A stretch of DNA of 43,663 bases, taken from sequence record OZ035792.1; one strand, 5' to 3'. The notes beneath the pieces are model-generated. The model had not been told where the DNA came from. It saw only the letters and a list, made by a program, of their open reading frames with translations, and searched no databases. Source of the stretch: Vectrevirus T205P5. Numbering within the stretch: the stretch's first letter is position 1; each line of letters starts with the position of its first letter. The position numbers and the translations under genes were made by a program. Below, in pieces: positions 1-8,807 of this stretch.

Positions 1-29
1 TAATAAGTTCAAGATTTGGAGGGAGAAGC

Positions 30-329
30 GTGAGCGTACACAATAAACATGCAGCTACAGAGGATGAGGTTGGCATTCTGCATGGGGCTATTACCAAAAT
101 CTTCAATAAGAAAGCACAGGCAATACTGGACACTATAGAAGAAGACCCTGATGCAGCATTACATTTAGTGTCTGGTAAGGATATTGGTGCGATGTGTAAG
201 TGGGTTCTTGATAACGGCATTACCGCCACACCTGCTGCACAGCAGGAAGAGTCCAAGTTATCTAAGCGCCTCAAGGCTATCCGAGAGGCATCCAGTGGTA
301 AGATAATTCAATTCACTAAGGAGGATTGA
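30..329 (+). CDS. Terminase small subunit (T7 gp18-like), GTG start
   Basis: 99-aa ORF directly upstream of and overlapping (ATGA) the large terminase; GGAGGG RBS at 18-23; position and size match T7-group small terminase. Sequence similarity to T7 gp18 is only weak, from memory. Confidence 0.6.
   Translation: MSVHNKHAATEDEVGILHGAITKIFNKKAQAILDTIEEDPDAALHLVSGKDIGAMCKWVLDNGITATPAAQQEESKLSKRLKAIREASSGKIIQFTKED
121..144 (+). promoter_or_regulatory. SP6-type phage RNAP promoter embedded in the small terminase coding sequence
   Basis: ACTGGACACTATAGAAGAAG matches the 20-nt core of the promoter family found at 13 other sites in the window; upstream ATTT replaced by CAAT. Confidence 0.5.
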
Positions 330-2227
330 TGGCTAAGGCAAGAGAATCACAAGCGGAGGCTCTTGCCAGATGGGAGATGCTACAGGAGTTACAGCAGACC
401 TTTCCTTACACAGCGGAAGGTTTGCTTCTCTTTGCAGATACAGTTATTCATAACTTAATTGCAGGCAACCCTCATCTGATTCGTATGCAGGCTGATATCT
501 TGAAGTTCCTATTTTACGGACACAAGTACCGCCTCATCGAAGCGCCTCGTGGTATCGCTAAGACAACACTATCAGCAATCTATACGGTATTCCGTATTAT
601 TCATGAACCGCATAAGCGTATCATGGTTGTGTCCCAAAACGCCAAGCGAGCAGAGGAAATCGCAGGTTGGGTAGTTAAAATCTTCCGTGGCTTAGACTTT
701 CTTGAGTTTATGCTGCCGGATATCTACGCTGGGGACCGTGCATCCGTTAAGGCGTTTGAGATTCATTACACCCTCCGTGGTAGTGATAAGTCTCCTTCTG
801 TATCCTGTTACTCAATCGAAGCAGGTATGCAGGGTGCTCGTGCTGATATTATTCTAGCGGATGACGTAGAGTCGATGCAGAATGCTCGTACGGCAGCGGG
901 CCGTGCCTTGCTTGAGGAACTGACTAAGGAGTTTGAATCTATCAACCAGTTTGGGGATATCATTTACCTTGGTACACCTCAGAACGTAAACTCTATCTAC
1001 AACAACCTACCTGCTCGTGGTTACTCTGTTCGTATCTGGACTGCGCGTTACCCTTCAGTAGAGCAAGAGCAATGTTATGGCGACTTCCTTGCACCTATGA
1101 TTGTTCAAGATATGAAGGACAACCCAGCACTTCGCTCAGGGTACGGGTTGGATGGTAATAGTGGTGCACCTTGTGCCCCTGAAATGTATGATGATGAAGT
1201 CCTGATTGAGAAGGAAATCTCTCAGGGTGCTGCTAAGTTCCAGCTTCAGTTCATGCTTAACACTCGCATGATGGATGCTGACAGATACCCATTACGCCTG
1301 AACAATCTAATCTTCACCTCGTTTGGTACAGAGGAAGTCCCTGTGATGCCTACGTGGAGTAATGATTCCATAAACATCATTGGTGATGCACCTAAGTATG
1401 GTAACAAGCCTACGGATTTCATGTACAGACCTGTAGCTCGCCCATACGAATGGGGTGCTGTCTCCCGCAAGATTATGTATATTGACCCTGCGGGTGGTGG
1501 TAAGAATGGGGACGAGACGGGTGTAGCCATCGTATTCCTGCACGGCACATTCATTTATGTGTATCAGTGCTTTGGTGTACCTGGCGGATACCGAGAATCG
1601 TCCCTGAATCGCATTGTGCAGGCCGCAAAGCAGGCTGGTGTTAAAGAGGTATTCATTGAGAAGAACTTTGGTCATGGCGCGTTTGAGGCGGTAATTAAGC
1701 CGTACTTTGAACGAGAGTGGCCTGTAACTCTGGAAGAGGATTACGCCACCGGACAGAAAGAGTTGCGTATCATTGAGACGCTGGAGCCGCTCATGGCAGC
1801 CCATAGGCTTATCTTCAATACAGAGATGGTGAAGTCAGACTTTGAGTCGGTACAGCACTATCCGCTTGAACTACGCATGTCCTACAGTCTTTTCAATCAA
1901 ATGTCGAACATAACGATTGAGAAGAACAGCCTCCGGCACGATGACCGCCTAGACGCCCTGTATGGTGCTATACGGCAATTAACTTCTCAGATAGACTATG
2001 ACGAGGTTACACGGATTAATCGCCTCAGAGCGCAGGAGATGCGCGATTACATCCATGCTATGAACACACCTCATCTACGCAGGGCAATGCTATATGGAGA
2101 TTACGGTACTGAGCGAAGAGTGACCAACACTTCCGTAGCGATGCAGCAGCGAGTTTACGGGCAGAACTACCGAAATAAATCGGCAAGCAGAAATACACTT
2201 TCTGCAAGGATTTCAAGGGCTTATTAA
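329..2227 (+). CDS. Terminase large subunit (T7 gp19-like)
   Basis: 632 aa; Walker A-like RGIAKTT; size and position typical of T7-group large terminase; AGGAGG RBS; start overlaps the small terminase stop. Confidence 0.9.
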   Translation: MAKARESQAEALARWEMLQELQQTFPYTAEGLLLFADTVIHNLIAGNPHLIRMQADILKFLFYGHKYRLIEAPRGIAKTTLSAIYTVFRIIHEPHKRIMVVSQNAKRAEEIAGWVVKIFRGLDFLEFMLPDIYAGDRASVKAFEIHYTLRGSDKSPSVSCYSIEAGMQGARADIILADDVESMQNARTAAGRALLEELTKEFESINQFGDIIYLGTPQNVNSIYNNLPARGYSVRIWTARYPSVEQEQCYGDFLAPMIVQDMKDNPALRSGYGLDGNSGAPCAPEMYDDEVLIEKEISQGAAKFQLQFMLNTRMMDADRYPLRLNNLIFTSFGTEEVPVMPTWSNDSINIIGDAPKYGNKPTDFMYRPVARPYEWGAVSRKIMYIDPAGGGKNGDETGVAIVFLHGTFIYVYQCFGVPGGYRESSLNRIVQAAKQAGVKEVFIEKNFGHGAFEAVIKPYFEREWPVTLEEDYATGQKELRIIETLEPLMAAHRLIFNTEMVKSDFESVQHYPLELRMSYSLFNQMSNITIEKNSLRHDDRLDALYGAIRQLTSQIDYDEVTRINRLRAQEMRDYIHAMNTPHLRRAMLYGDYGTERRVTNTSVAMQQRVYGQNYRNKSASRNTLSARISRAY

Positions 2228-2252
2228 TTACTGGACACTATAGAAGGAAGGC
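2227..2252 (+). promoter_or_regulatory. SP6-type phage RNAP promoter
   Basis: AATTACTGGACACTATAGAAGGAAGG directly after the terminase stop; transcription start predicted at the G of TATAG. Confidence 0.8.
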
Positions 2253-2382
2253 CCAGATAATAAGATAAAATAATAGGTAATATAGGTTAACCTAGGTTAT
2301 ATAGGTACACCTTAGTATGGGTGTACTCCTGTACACCCTATTCCTTACTACCTTACTATATTTACATAATAGGAGAGAGACA

Positions 2383-2661
2383 ATGGCTAATGATTATAGT
2401 AGTCAACCATTAACAGGTAAGTCTAAGAGAAAGCAGGTACAACCTGTAAGTGAAGAACTAATGCTTCCGGTACTCAAAAAAGAGGAAGTTAGTAAGAAAA
2501 GCAATGTTATTAATGATGCCACCAAATCAGGTAAACAGAAAGGGGCCATGGTGTGCCTTGAAGTGGAAGGTGGTGTATTGAAGATTGCTATCGCGGTTGA
2601 TGGCAAAGAAGATTCAGAGTGGAAGTTATTAACAGTGGAACCAACTGTTAACCCAGTTTAA
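2383..2661 (+). CDS. Hypothetical protein, paralog A of a tandem pair
   Basis: AGGAGAGAG RBS 6 nt before the ATG (internal Met of ORF 2317-2661); shares an SGKQKGAMVxLE...IAxA core with the next gene. Confidence 0.5.
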   Translation: MANDYSSQPLTGKSKRKQVQPVSEELMLPVLKKEEVSKKSNVINDATKSGKQKGAMVCLEVEGGVLKIAIAVDGKEDSEWKLLTVEPTVNPV

Positions 2662-2679
2662 GATAAGGAGGAAGATTAC

Positions 2680-2970
2680 ATGGCTAAATATGGTACTACA
2701 GGTTCTGTTACGGGTCAGGCTTTTCGAGTGAAAGCAGTACAAACTATTGCAACGGCAATTCCTATGCCTGTTGTTAAGGAAGCAGACCTTAAGAAGAAAG
2801 ACCACCCTATCAACATCAAGCATTTATCAGGTAAACAGAAAGGTGCAATGGTTGCTCTTGAGAAAGGTGACACAACCTTACATATTGCTGTTGCACGTGG
2901 TAGTGAACCCACAGACCCTTGGGATGTAACTGGTATGGAAGAGGACGCTGTTACTCCAGCAGGGGAATAA
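2680..2970 (+). CDS. Hypothetical protein, paralog B of a tandem pair
   Basis: AAGGAGG RBS; contains LSGKQKGAMVALE...LHIAVA, paralogous to 2383-2661. Confidence 0.5.
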   Translation: MAKYGTTGSVTGQAFRVKAVQTIATAIPMPVVKEADLKKKDHPINIKHLSGKQKGAMVALEKGDTTLHIAVARGSEPTDPWDVTGMEEDAVTPAGE

Positions 2971-2975
2971 TAATA

Positions 2976-3320
2976 ATGCTTAATAAATACTTCAAGCGTA
3001 AAGAGTTTGCTTGCCGTTGTGGCTGCGGTACATCCACTGTTGATGCTGAATTACTACAGGTAGTCACAGATGTGCGTGAGCACTTTGGTTCTCCTGTAGT
3101 TATCACTTCGGGGCACCGCTGTGCTAAGCACAATGCTAATGTAGGAGGAGTTAAGAACTCCATGCATCTTACTGGTAAGGCTGCTGACATTAAGGTACGA
3201 GGCATCTTACCTTCTGATGTACATAAGTATCTTACTGATAAGTACCAAGGCAAATATGGGATTGGTAAGTATAACTCCTTTACTCATATTGATGTACGTG
3301 ACGGGTGTGCACGATGGTAG
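2976..3320 (+). CDS. Endolysin, peptidase M15 family (zinc peptidoglycan peptidase)
   Basis: SGHRCAKHN...D...FTHID gives the H-x-D ... H zinc-binding signature of M15 peptidases; about 114 aa; next to the spanin genes. Start taken at an internal ATG. Confidence 0.7.
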   Translation: MLNKYFKRKEFACRCGCGTSTVDAELLQVVTDVREHFGSPVVITSGHRCAKHNANVGGVKNSMHLTGKAADIKVRGILPSDVHKYLTDKYQGKYGIGKYNSFTHIDVRDGCARW

Positions 3321-3428
3321 GTTGTGTTGCATGGTGTGAACGCATGGTTGCTAAGGCTTCAGAGGAAGGCAACTATGAAGATTGGCAGAACTACTCAACT
3401 TTATTAGCTCAATGGAAAGGGAGATGCA

Positions 3429-3578
3429 ATGAAAAAGCTGTTCAAATCTAAGAAGGTTGTAGGTGCACTAGTTGCATTGGCAATTGCTCTTGTTTCTGTA
3501 GGTCTTGGTATAGACCTTGGCTCTGGCACGGAATCCTCTGTGACAGATGTGGTCTGCCAAGTGATCACCTGTGAATAA
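3429..3578 (+). CDS. Small membrane protein (49 aa), possible holin or antiholin-like lysis accessory
   Basis: AAGGGAGA RBS; single hydrophobic helix VVGALVALAIALVSVGLGI; lies between endolysin and spanins. Shorter than the 60-aa cutoff of the ORF track. Confidence 0.4.
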   Translation: MKKLFKSKKVVGALVALAIALVSVGLGIDLGSGTESSVTDVVCQVITCE

Positions 3579-3792
3579 GTTTCTAGAAGTGCTGGCAGGT
3601 CTTATTGGCCTGCTTGTCTCTGCTAAGAAGAAACAAGAAGAGAAGGAGGCACAAAGTGAAGCGAATCATGTTAGTGACAACCCTTCTGATTGGTTCGCTG
3701 ACCACTTCCGGGTGTCAGACGGCGTTACCAGAGAGTCCAAAGGTAAAGCCTCTGAGGCCGACGTTGACGGAAGTTTACGAGGTAGACGATAA
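3571..3792 (+). CDS. i-spanin (Rz-like)
   Basis: N-terminal transmembrane segment FLEVLAGLIGLLVSA followed by a charged domain; contains the embedded o-spanin gene in the +1 frame. Confidence 0.5.
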   Translation: MNKFLEVLAGLIGLLVSAKKKQEEKEAQSEANHVSDNPSDWFADHFRVSDGVTRESKGKASEADVDGSLRGRR

Positions 3793-3865
3793 GGTCTGCT
3801 TTAGTAAGCCTGACGCTACAAAATTAGGTTTGTATATTCTTTCGCTAGAACGCGGATATAATTAA
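3668..3865 (+). CDS. o-spanin (Rz1-like outer-membrane lipoprotein), nested in the +1 frame of the i-spanin
   Basis: Signal peptide with lipobox MLVTTLLIGSLTTSGC, then a proline-rich mature part; classic overlapped Rz/Rz1 layout. Confidence 0.5.
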   Translation: MLVTTLLIGSLTTSGCQTALPESPKVKPLRPTLTEVYEVDDKVCFSKPDATKLGLYILSLERGYN

Positions 3866-3892
3866 TACATAGCTTTATGTATCAGTGTCTTA

Positions 3893-3918
3893 CGATTTAC
3901 TGGACACTATAGAAGAGG
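3893..3918 (+). promoter_or_regulatory. SP6-type phage RNAP promoter upstream of the tailspike genes
   Basis: CGATTTACTGGACACTATAGAAGAGG, about 80 nt upstream of the tailspike 1 start. Confidence 0.8.
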
Positions 3919-3996
3919 TAAGATAGCGCCGTTCTTTTGAGCGGCCTATTACTAGCCAATCTTCATAGGGAGGGTTGGAAAGTAATAGGAGATAGC

Positions 3997-5895
3997 ATGG
4001 CTAAATTAACCAAACCTAATACTGAAGGAATCTTGCATAAAGGACAATCTTTGTATGAGTACCTTGATGCGAGAGTTTTAACATCAAAGCCGTTTGGTGC
4101 TGTAGGTGACGCCACTACTGATGATACGGAGGTTATAGCTGCTTCATTAAACTCTCAGAAAGCTGTCACAATCTCAGACGGTGTATTCTCTAGCTCTGGT
4201 ATTAATAGTAATTACTGTAACTTAGACGGTAGAGGTAGTGGGGTGCTAAGTCACCGTTCCAGTACAGGTAACTACTTAGTATTTAACAATCCACGTACAG
4301 GTCGCTTAAGTAATATTACGGTAGAAAGTAATAAGGCGACTGATACAACTCAGGGACAGCAGGTATCTCTTGCCGGTGGAAGTGATGTTACTGTAAGTGA
4401 CGTTAACTTCTCAAACGTTAAAGGTACTGGTTTCAGTTTAATCGCATACCCTAATGATGCGCCACCTGATGGACTTATGATTAAAGGCATTCGAGGTAGC
4501 TATTCCGGCTATGCTACTAATAAGGCAGCCGGATGCGTACTTGCTGACTCCTCAGTTAACTCCCTCATAGATAACGTCATTGCTAAGAACTACCCTCAGT
4601 TCGGAGCAGTAGAGTTGAAAGGTACAGCCAGTTACAACATAGTCAGTAATGTTATAGGGGCAGATTGCCAGCATGTAACTTACAACGGCACCGAAGGGCC
4701 AATAGCTCCTTCTAATAACCTTATCAAGGGGGTGATGGCTAATAACCCTAAGTATGCAGCGGTTGTTGCAGGCAAAGGAAGTACGAACTTAATCTCAGAC
4801 GTGCTTGTAGATTACTCAACTTCTGATGCTAGGCAGGCTCATGGTGTTACCGTAGAAGGGTCTGATAACGTCATAAATAATGTGCTTATGTCAGGATGTG
4901 ATGGTACTAACTCTTTAGGACAAGGGCAGACCGCTACAATTGCACGCTTTATAGGTACAGCTAATAACAACTATGCGTCTGTATTTCCTAGCTACAGTGC
5001 TACAGGTGTTATTACTTTCGAATCCGGCTCTACCCGTAACTTCGTAGAGGTAAAGCACCCTGGCAGGAGAAACGACCTTCTCAGTTCTGCTAGTACTATT
5101 GACGGTGCAGCTACTATTGACGGCACTAATAATAGTAACGTAGTACACGCACCTGCATTAGGGCAGTACATAGGTAGTATGTCAGGTAGGTTCGAATGGC
5201 GGATTAAGTCCATGTCACTCCCTTCAGGCGTTCTTACTTCTGCTGATAAGTACAGAATGCTTGGGGATGGTGCTGTATCATTAGCTGTAGGTGGGGGTAC
5301 TTCTTCTCAAGTTCGCCTATTTACTTCTGATGGTACTTCTCGGACAGTGGCCCTCACCAACGGTAACGTGCGTCTTTCTACCAGTAGCACAGGCTATTTG
5401 CAGTTAGGTGCTGATGCAATGACCCCAGATAGTACTGGTACATACGCATTAGGTTCCGCCAGTCGAGCATGGTCTGGCGGTTTTACTCAAGCAGCATTCA
5501 CTGTTACCTCAGATGCTAGGTGTAAAACAGAACCTCTTACTATCTCAGATGCCTTACTGGATGCTTGGTCTGAAGTTGACTTTGTGCAGTTTCAGTATTT
5601 GGATCGTGTTGAGGAGAAGGGTGCAGACTCAGCTAGATGGCACTTTGGCATCATCGCTCAGCGAGCTAAGGAGGCTTTCGAACGTCACGGTATAGATGCA
5701 CATCGCTATGGCTTCTTGTGCTTCGACAGTTGGGATGATGTATACGAGGAAGATGCCAATGGCTCTCGTAAACTGATTACACCAGCAGGTTCCCGCTACG
5801 GTATTCGTTACGAGGAAGTGCTGATATTAGAGGCTGCGTTGATGCGGAGGACTATTAAGCGTATGCAGGAAGCACTAGCTTCCCTGCCTAAGTAA
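3997..5895 (+). CDS. Tailspike 1: right-handed beta-helix polysaccharide lyase-like depolymerase with C-terminal self-cleaving intramolecular chaperone domain (K5-lyase/KflA-like)
   Basis: AGGAGA RBS before the internal ATG (MAKLTKPNTEG); pectate-lyase-type N-terminal motif FGAVGDATTDDTEVIAAS; C-terminus matches the peptidase S74 chaperone domain of endosialidase-type tailspikes. KflA assignment is from recall, not a search. Confidence 0.85.
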   Translation: MAKLTKPNTEGILHKGQSLYEYLDARVLTSKPFGAVGDATTDDTEVIAASLNSQKAVTISDGVFSSSGINSNYCNLDGRGSGVLSHRSSTGNYLVFNNPRTGRLSNITVESNKATDTTQGQQVSLAGGSDVTVSDVNFSNVKGTGFSLIAYPNDAPPDGLMIKGIRGSYSGYATNKAAGCVLADSSVNSLIDNVIAKNYPQFGAVELKGTASYNIVSNVIGADCQHVTYNGTEGPIAPSNNLIKGVMANNPKYAAVVAGKGSTNLISDVLVDYSTSDARQAHGVTVEGSDNVINNVLMSGCDGTNSLGQGQTATIARFIGTANNNYASVFPSYSATGVITFESGSTRNFVEVKHPGRRNDLLSSASTIDGAATIDGTNNSNVVHAPALGQYIGSMSGRFEWRIKSMSLPSGVLTSADKYRMLGDGAVSLAVGGGTSSQVRLFTSDGTSRTVALTNGNVRLSTSSTGYLQLGADAMTPDSTGTYALGSASRAWSGGFTQAAFTVTSDARCKTEPLTISDALLDAWSEVDFVQFQYLDRVEEKGADSARWHFGIIAQRAKEAFERHGIDAHRYGFLCFDSWDDVYEEDANGSRKLITPAGSRYGIRYEEVLILEAALMRRTIKRMQEALASLPK

Positions 5896-5903
5896 GCAAC
5901 AGG

Positions 5904-5924
5904 CAGTGCGTAAGCACTGCTTTT
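5904..5924 (+). terminator. Hairpin plus T-tract in the 85-nt gap between the two tailspike genes
   Basis: GCAGTGC-gtaa-GCACTGC followed by TTTT. Confidence 0.4.
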
Positions 5925-5980
5925 CACGCAACTTTTCTTAAAGGTTATCATGGTGGTAGCCTTTCAGAAAAGGAGGTTAC

Positions 5981-7639
5981 ATGCTACAACGATTAAGTTC
6001 TTCACTAGTGAAGCACAAGAGCAAGCTAATAGGCGCTACCTATAGGCTGCTTGGTGATAAGCTTTTAGAGCTAAATAGTGTATCAGATTTTGGTGCAATA
6101 CCAAATCTTGAAACAGATAGTACTAATTCCATTCAAGCTGCAATTGATGCGACCCCGTCTGGTGGTACTCTAGGCTTCTATGGTGGGCCTTATAGATTTG
6201 GTACTGTTACAGTGGATAAACCAATTACACTAGTTGGAGATGCAGATTTGCAGTTTGAGTGCATTCGTATCAAGACAAGTAAGTTTCGTAGTTTCTTGAC
6301 AGGAACACTAACTGCTGCGAGATACGACAGTGCATGTCGTGCATTTCAAATCTTAGCCTATGAAGATGGGCAAGACTATGAGGACATCAAAGTACATGGT
6401 GCACGTTTCGAGGGTTTCTTCTATAACACAGACTTCCGAGGTCGTTCTTACGATGCGTCAGAAAGTGATCCTGCTAACCGAGTAGTTCGGGACACCTCTA
6501 TTATGGGCTGTACTTCAGTTCAACCTAAAGATGGTAAAGACAGAGGGCACTTTCAACACGTAGGTGTTACCAATGCCAAGTGCATAGGTAACTCAACGTA
6601 TGGTGGTAAGAATGCTACTTCTTATAACTTCATTAATGGTAATGGTTCTTTGGTGGTTATGGGTAACTATGACCATGACAATGAATATGGTTCCTTAGAG
6701 ATTGAGAATAACAAGATAAGCTACGGTGTTGTTACTGGTAATATCTTCCATAAACAGCTATGGATAGATGATACTAGCAACATTAACGTAACAGGTAACA
6801 CCTGCACAGATAGGATTTACATTACTGCACAATCTAACAACTCTGAGAACGTATCAGTAGTGGGAAACAATGTACCACGCATCTACGTCAGTAAGTTTGG
6901 TCAAAGCCCAACAGGGCGTCACCGTAACTTGACTATACGTGGTAATCATGTCACGGGCAAGGATGTTCCTAATTGTATATTCTTAGATGATTCTGTTGAT
7001 TCCGCTTCTATTGAAGGTAATGATTGTTATGGTGTGTCTGGTGTTAAAGGCATAGCCATTACTCGTCATGCAGATGCTAACCATACAGTGCGTCATAATA
7101 ACTTACATGGCACTAACTTACTCTTTAGTGGTTCGGGCGGAAAAGTTTATAGTTATGACAACTTTGATGTTGGAGTTGATGAATCCCCTGTGGCAGACAG
7201 AACTGACGCAGTGCACATTGACAACCTTCTTCGTGTAAATGATGAGTACCTTGATTTGCCAGGAAAGTACCTATACAAATCTAAGTATACAAGAGACATT
7301 ACACAAGGTGGCTCAACCACTATTGAGTTACCTGTAACCACAAGTGGTTCTTTGGCTTTTCGTGGTATTAGTTTATGGGTTCTTATCCGTAACACTTCTA
7401 CGGGGAACTTGTCTTCTTATCGTGTAGATGGAAGACATGCAGTAAGTGGTTCTTCTGTGACTGTTAGCTTTGGAGAGAAGTATGGGGTATTAGGAGTGAA
7501 TACTGGTGATGTTACTGTTAGTAATGATGCCTCTACGACTAATCTTATTCGTATCAAGGTAAGCAATGAGCATGTAAGTCAGACAATGCAGGTTACAGTT
7601 GTACCAGAGGTAACAAGCAGATTAGGGACTGAAGAGTAA
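5981..7639 (+). CDS. Tailspike 2: beta-helix depolymerase of unknown specificity
   Basis: AAGGAGG RBS; N-terminal motif SDFGAIPN...TDSTNSIQAAIDA; Asn/Gly/Thr/Val-rich repeats typical of parallel beta-helix tailspikes; no C-terminal chaperone domain and no sialidase Asp-boxes. Confidence 0.8.
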   Translation: MLQRLSSSLVKHKSKLIGATYRLLGDKLLELNSVSDFGAIPNLETDSTNSIQAAIDATPSGGTLGFYGGPYRFGTVTVDKPITLVGDADLQFECIRIKTSKFRSFLTGTLTAARYDSACRAFQILAYEDGQDYEDIKVHGARFEGFFYNTDFRGRSYDASESDPANRVVRDTSIMGCTSVQPKDGKDRGHFQHVGVTNAKCIGNSTYGGKNATSYNFINGNGSLVVMGNYDHDNEYGSLEIENNKISYGVVTGNIFHKQLWIDDTSNINVTGNTCTDRIYITAQSNNSENVSVVGNNVPRIYVSKFGQSPTGRHRNLTIRGNHVTGKDVPNCIFLDDSVDSASIEGNDCYGVSGVKGIAITRHADANHTVRHNNLHGTNLLFSGSGGKVYSYDNFDVGVDESPVADRTDAVHIDNLLRVNDEYLDLPGKYLYKSKYTRDITQGGSTTIELPVTTSGSLAFRGISLWVLIRNTSTGNLSSYRVDGRHAVSGSSVTVSFGEKYGVLGVNTGDVTVSNDASTTNLIRIKVSNEHVSQTMQVTVVPEVTSRLGTEE

Positions 7640-7788
7640 TGCCATTAATCAAATCAGTTAAGCAAAGTGCTGTACGCCAGAACACAGAAGAACTCATCAA
7701 GTCAGGACGTGACCCTAAGCAGGCTTATGCCATTGCCAAGGATGTACAACGTCGTGCCTTGAAGAAACCTTCTGCATCTTCTGCGTAA
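7639..7788 (+). CDS. Small basic protein (49 aa), hypothetical
   Basis: ATG overlaps the tailspike 2 stop; weak RBS; not in the ORF track because it is under 60 aa. Confidence 0.3.
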   Translation: MPLIKSVKQSAVRQNTEELIKSGRDPKQAYAIAKDVQRRALKKPSASSA

Positions 7789-7858
7789 GCAGGTTAATAT
7801 CTTAGTATAAACAAGGGCAGACTTAGGTTTGTCCTTAGTGTATTCCAAAGGAGGTAAC

Positions 7859-7987
7859 ATGCTGAAAGATGGTTGGGTTTCATATGACCCTACAGACCCT
7901 AAGAATTGGCTACAGGTTATCGCTATAGCTTGTGCAGGTAGCCTATTGGCTGCCCTGATGTATTCATTATGGATGTACACAAAGTAA
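7859..7987 (+). CDS. Small membrane protein (42 aa), hypothetical
   Basis: Strong AAGGAGG RBS 6 nt upstream; hydrophobic helix LQVIAIACAGSLLAALMYSLWMY. Confidence 0.4.
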   Translation: MLKDGWVSYDPTDPKNWLQVIAIACAGSLLAALMYSLWMYTK

Positions 7988-8154
7988 CCAAAGTCAAAAT
8001 TTTGATGTAGGCGTGTGTCAGCTCTCTCGCCCTCGCCCTCGCCGGGTTGCCCCCCATAGGGTGGCCTGAGGGAATCCGTCTTCGACGGGCAGGGCTGATG
8101 TACTCCTTCGCTAGTACAAGGGAGGCGGAGGGAGCGCCTAGGGAGGCCTAGGAA

Positions 8155-8445
8155 TGGCTTAGTGGTGGACAAGGTGATTACCTTAGTGAAGCCTCTTAGT
8201 GCATTCCTGAGGCCATTCAGGGCGTTTATGAGGTATTGACAGGGTGGATGGGCGTGGGCTATCTGTTCGTTTCGTTCACTCCGCTTGCGCTCCGTTCACT
8301 CGCTCACGTGTACCTTAGGTTATTACTTGATGGATAGCTTAGGTTAACCTTAGTGGAATGCCTTAGTTAAAGACTTAGTGCTTATCTTAGTAACAGCTTA
8401 GTAGTGTACCTTAGTTGGTCTTAGTGAATAGCCTTAGTGATTGCA
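8155..8445. repeat. Array of CTTAGT(G) short direct repeats in the genome-terminus region
   Basis: At least 13 copies of (C)CTTAG(T/G) at about 10-14 bp spacing (densest 8313-8440), in non-coding sequence between the right-end and early genes; resembles the CCTAAAG repeat array near the T7 left end. Confidence 0.7.
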
Positions 8446-8635
8446 CATGCAAGCATGTAAGATGCCAATAGGTCGCGGTCGGTAGACCGCTAAAGAAAGA
8501 GAATAGTAATAAGATGCAGTAGGAGGAACACCAGAAACCTAGCCAACCTAGCCTATCCTAGCTCTGTATCTATTGCTTTTCCTTAGTCTAACATGTGAGA
8601 CAACCTAGATTTATCTTAGTGATGATATCTTAGTG

Positions 8636-8664
8636 TTGACAAGGCCATCTCAATATAATACTAT
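8636..8664 (+). promoter_or_regulatory. Candidate host sigma70 early promoter
   Basis: TTGACA, 17-nt spacer, TACTAT; about 140 nt upstream of the first early gene. Confidence 0.3.
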
Positions 8665-8807
8665 TCATCACGTAGGCAGCACTGAGGTGCTTAGTAGCCA
8701 GCTAGTAAGGCATACGAAGAGACTAGCGCTTACATTGCTCTTTAACAATTTGCTTAGTGTAACCTATGTATGCCGTGGTTAATTACTTATTGAATGAGGG
8801 ATTAACT

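Noticed and set aside
1246-1804. Minus-strand ORFs inside the large terminase gene
   Set aside because: They lie entirely inside a confidently assigned + strand gene and have no supporting signals.
3314-3448. 44-aa ORF overlapping the endolysin stop and the 49-aa membrane protein start
   Set aside because: Weak RBS, it overlaps a better-supported ORF with a strong RBS, and has no distinguishing features.
7702-8172. Minus-strand ORF (156 aa) across the GC-rich island
   Set aside because: It lies in the terminal-repeat-like repeat region; the translation is Pro/Gly/Arg-rich and driven by GC composition; no RBS.
8236-8264. Third sigma70-like promoter (TTGACA, 17 nt, CTATCT)
   Set aside because: The -10 element is too poor to support; TTGACA hexamers occur by chance about twenty times in 43 kb.
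8155-8445. Possible CRISPR array from the short regular repeats
   Set aside because: Repeat units are only 6-8 bp at 10-14 bp spacing with no unique spacers; the pattern matches terminus repeats of T7-like phages, not CRISPR.
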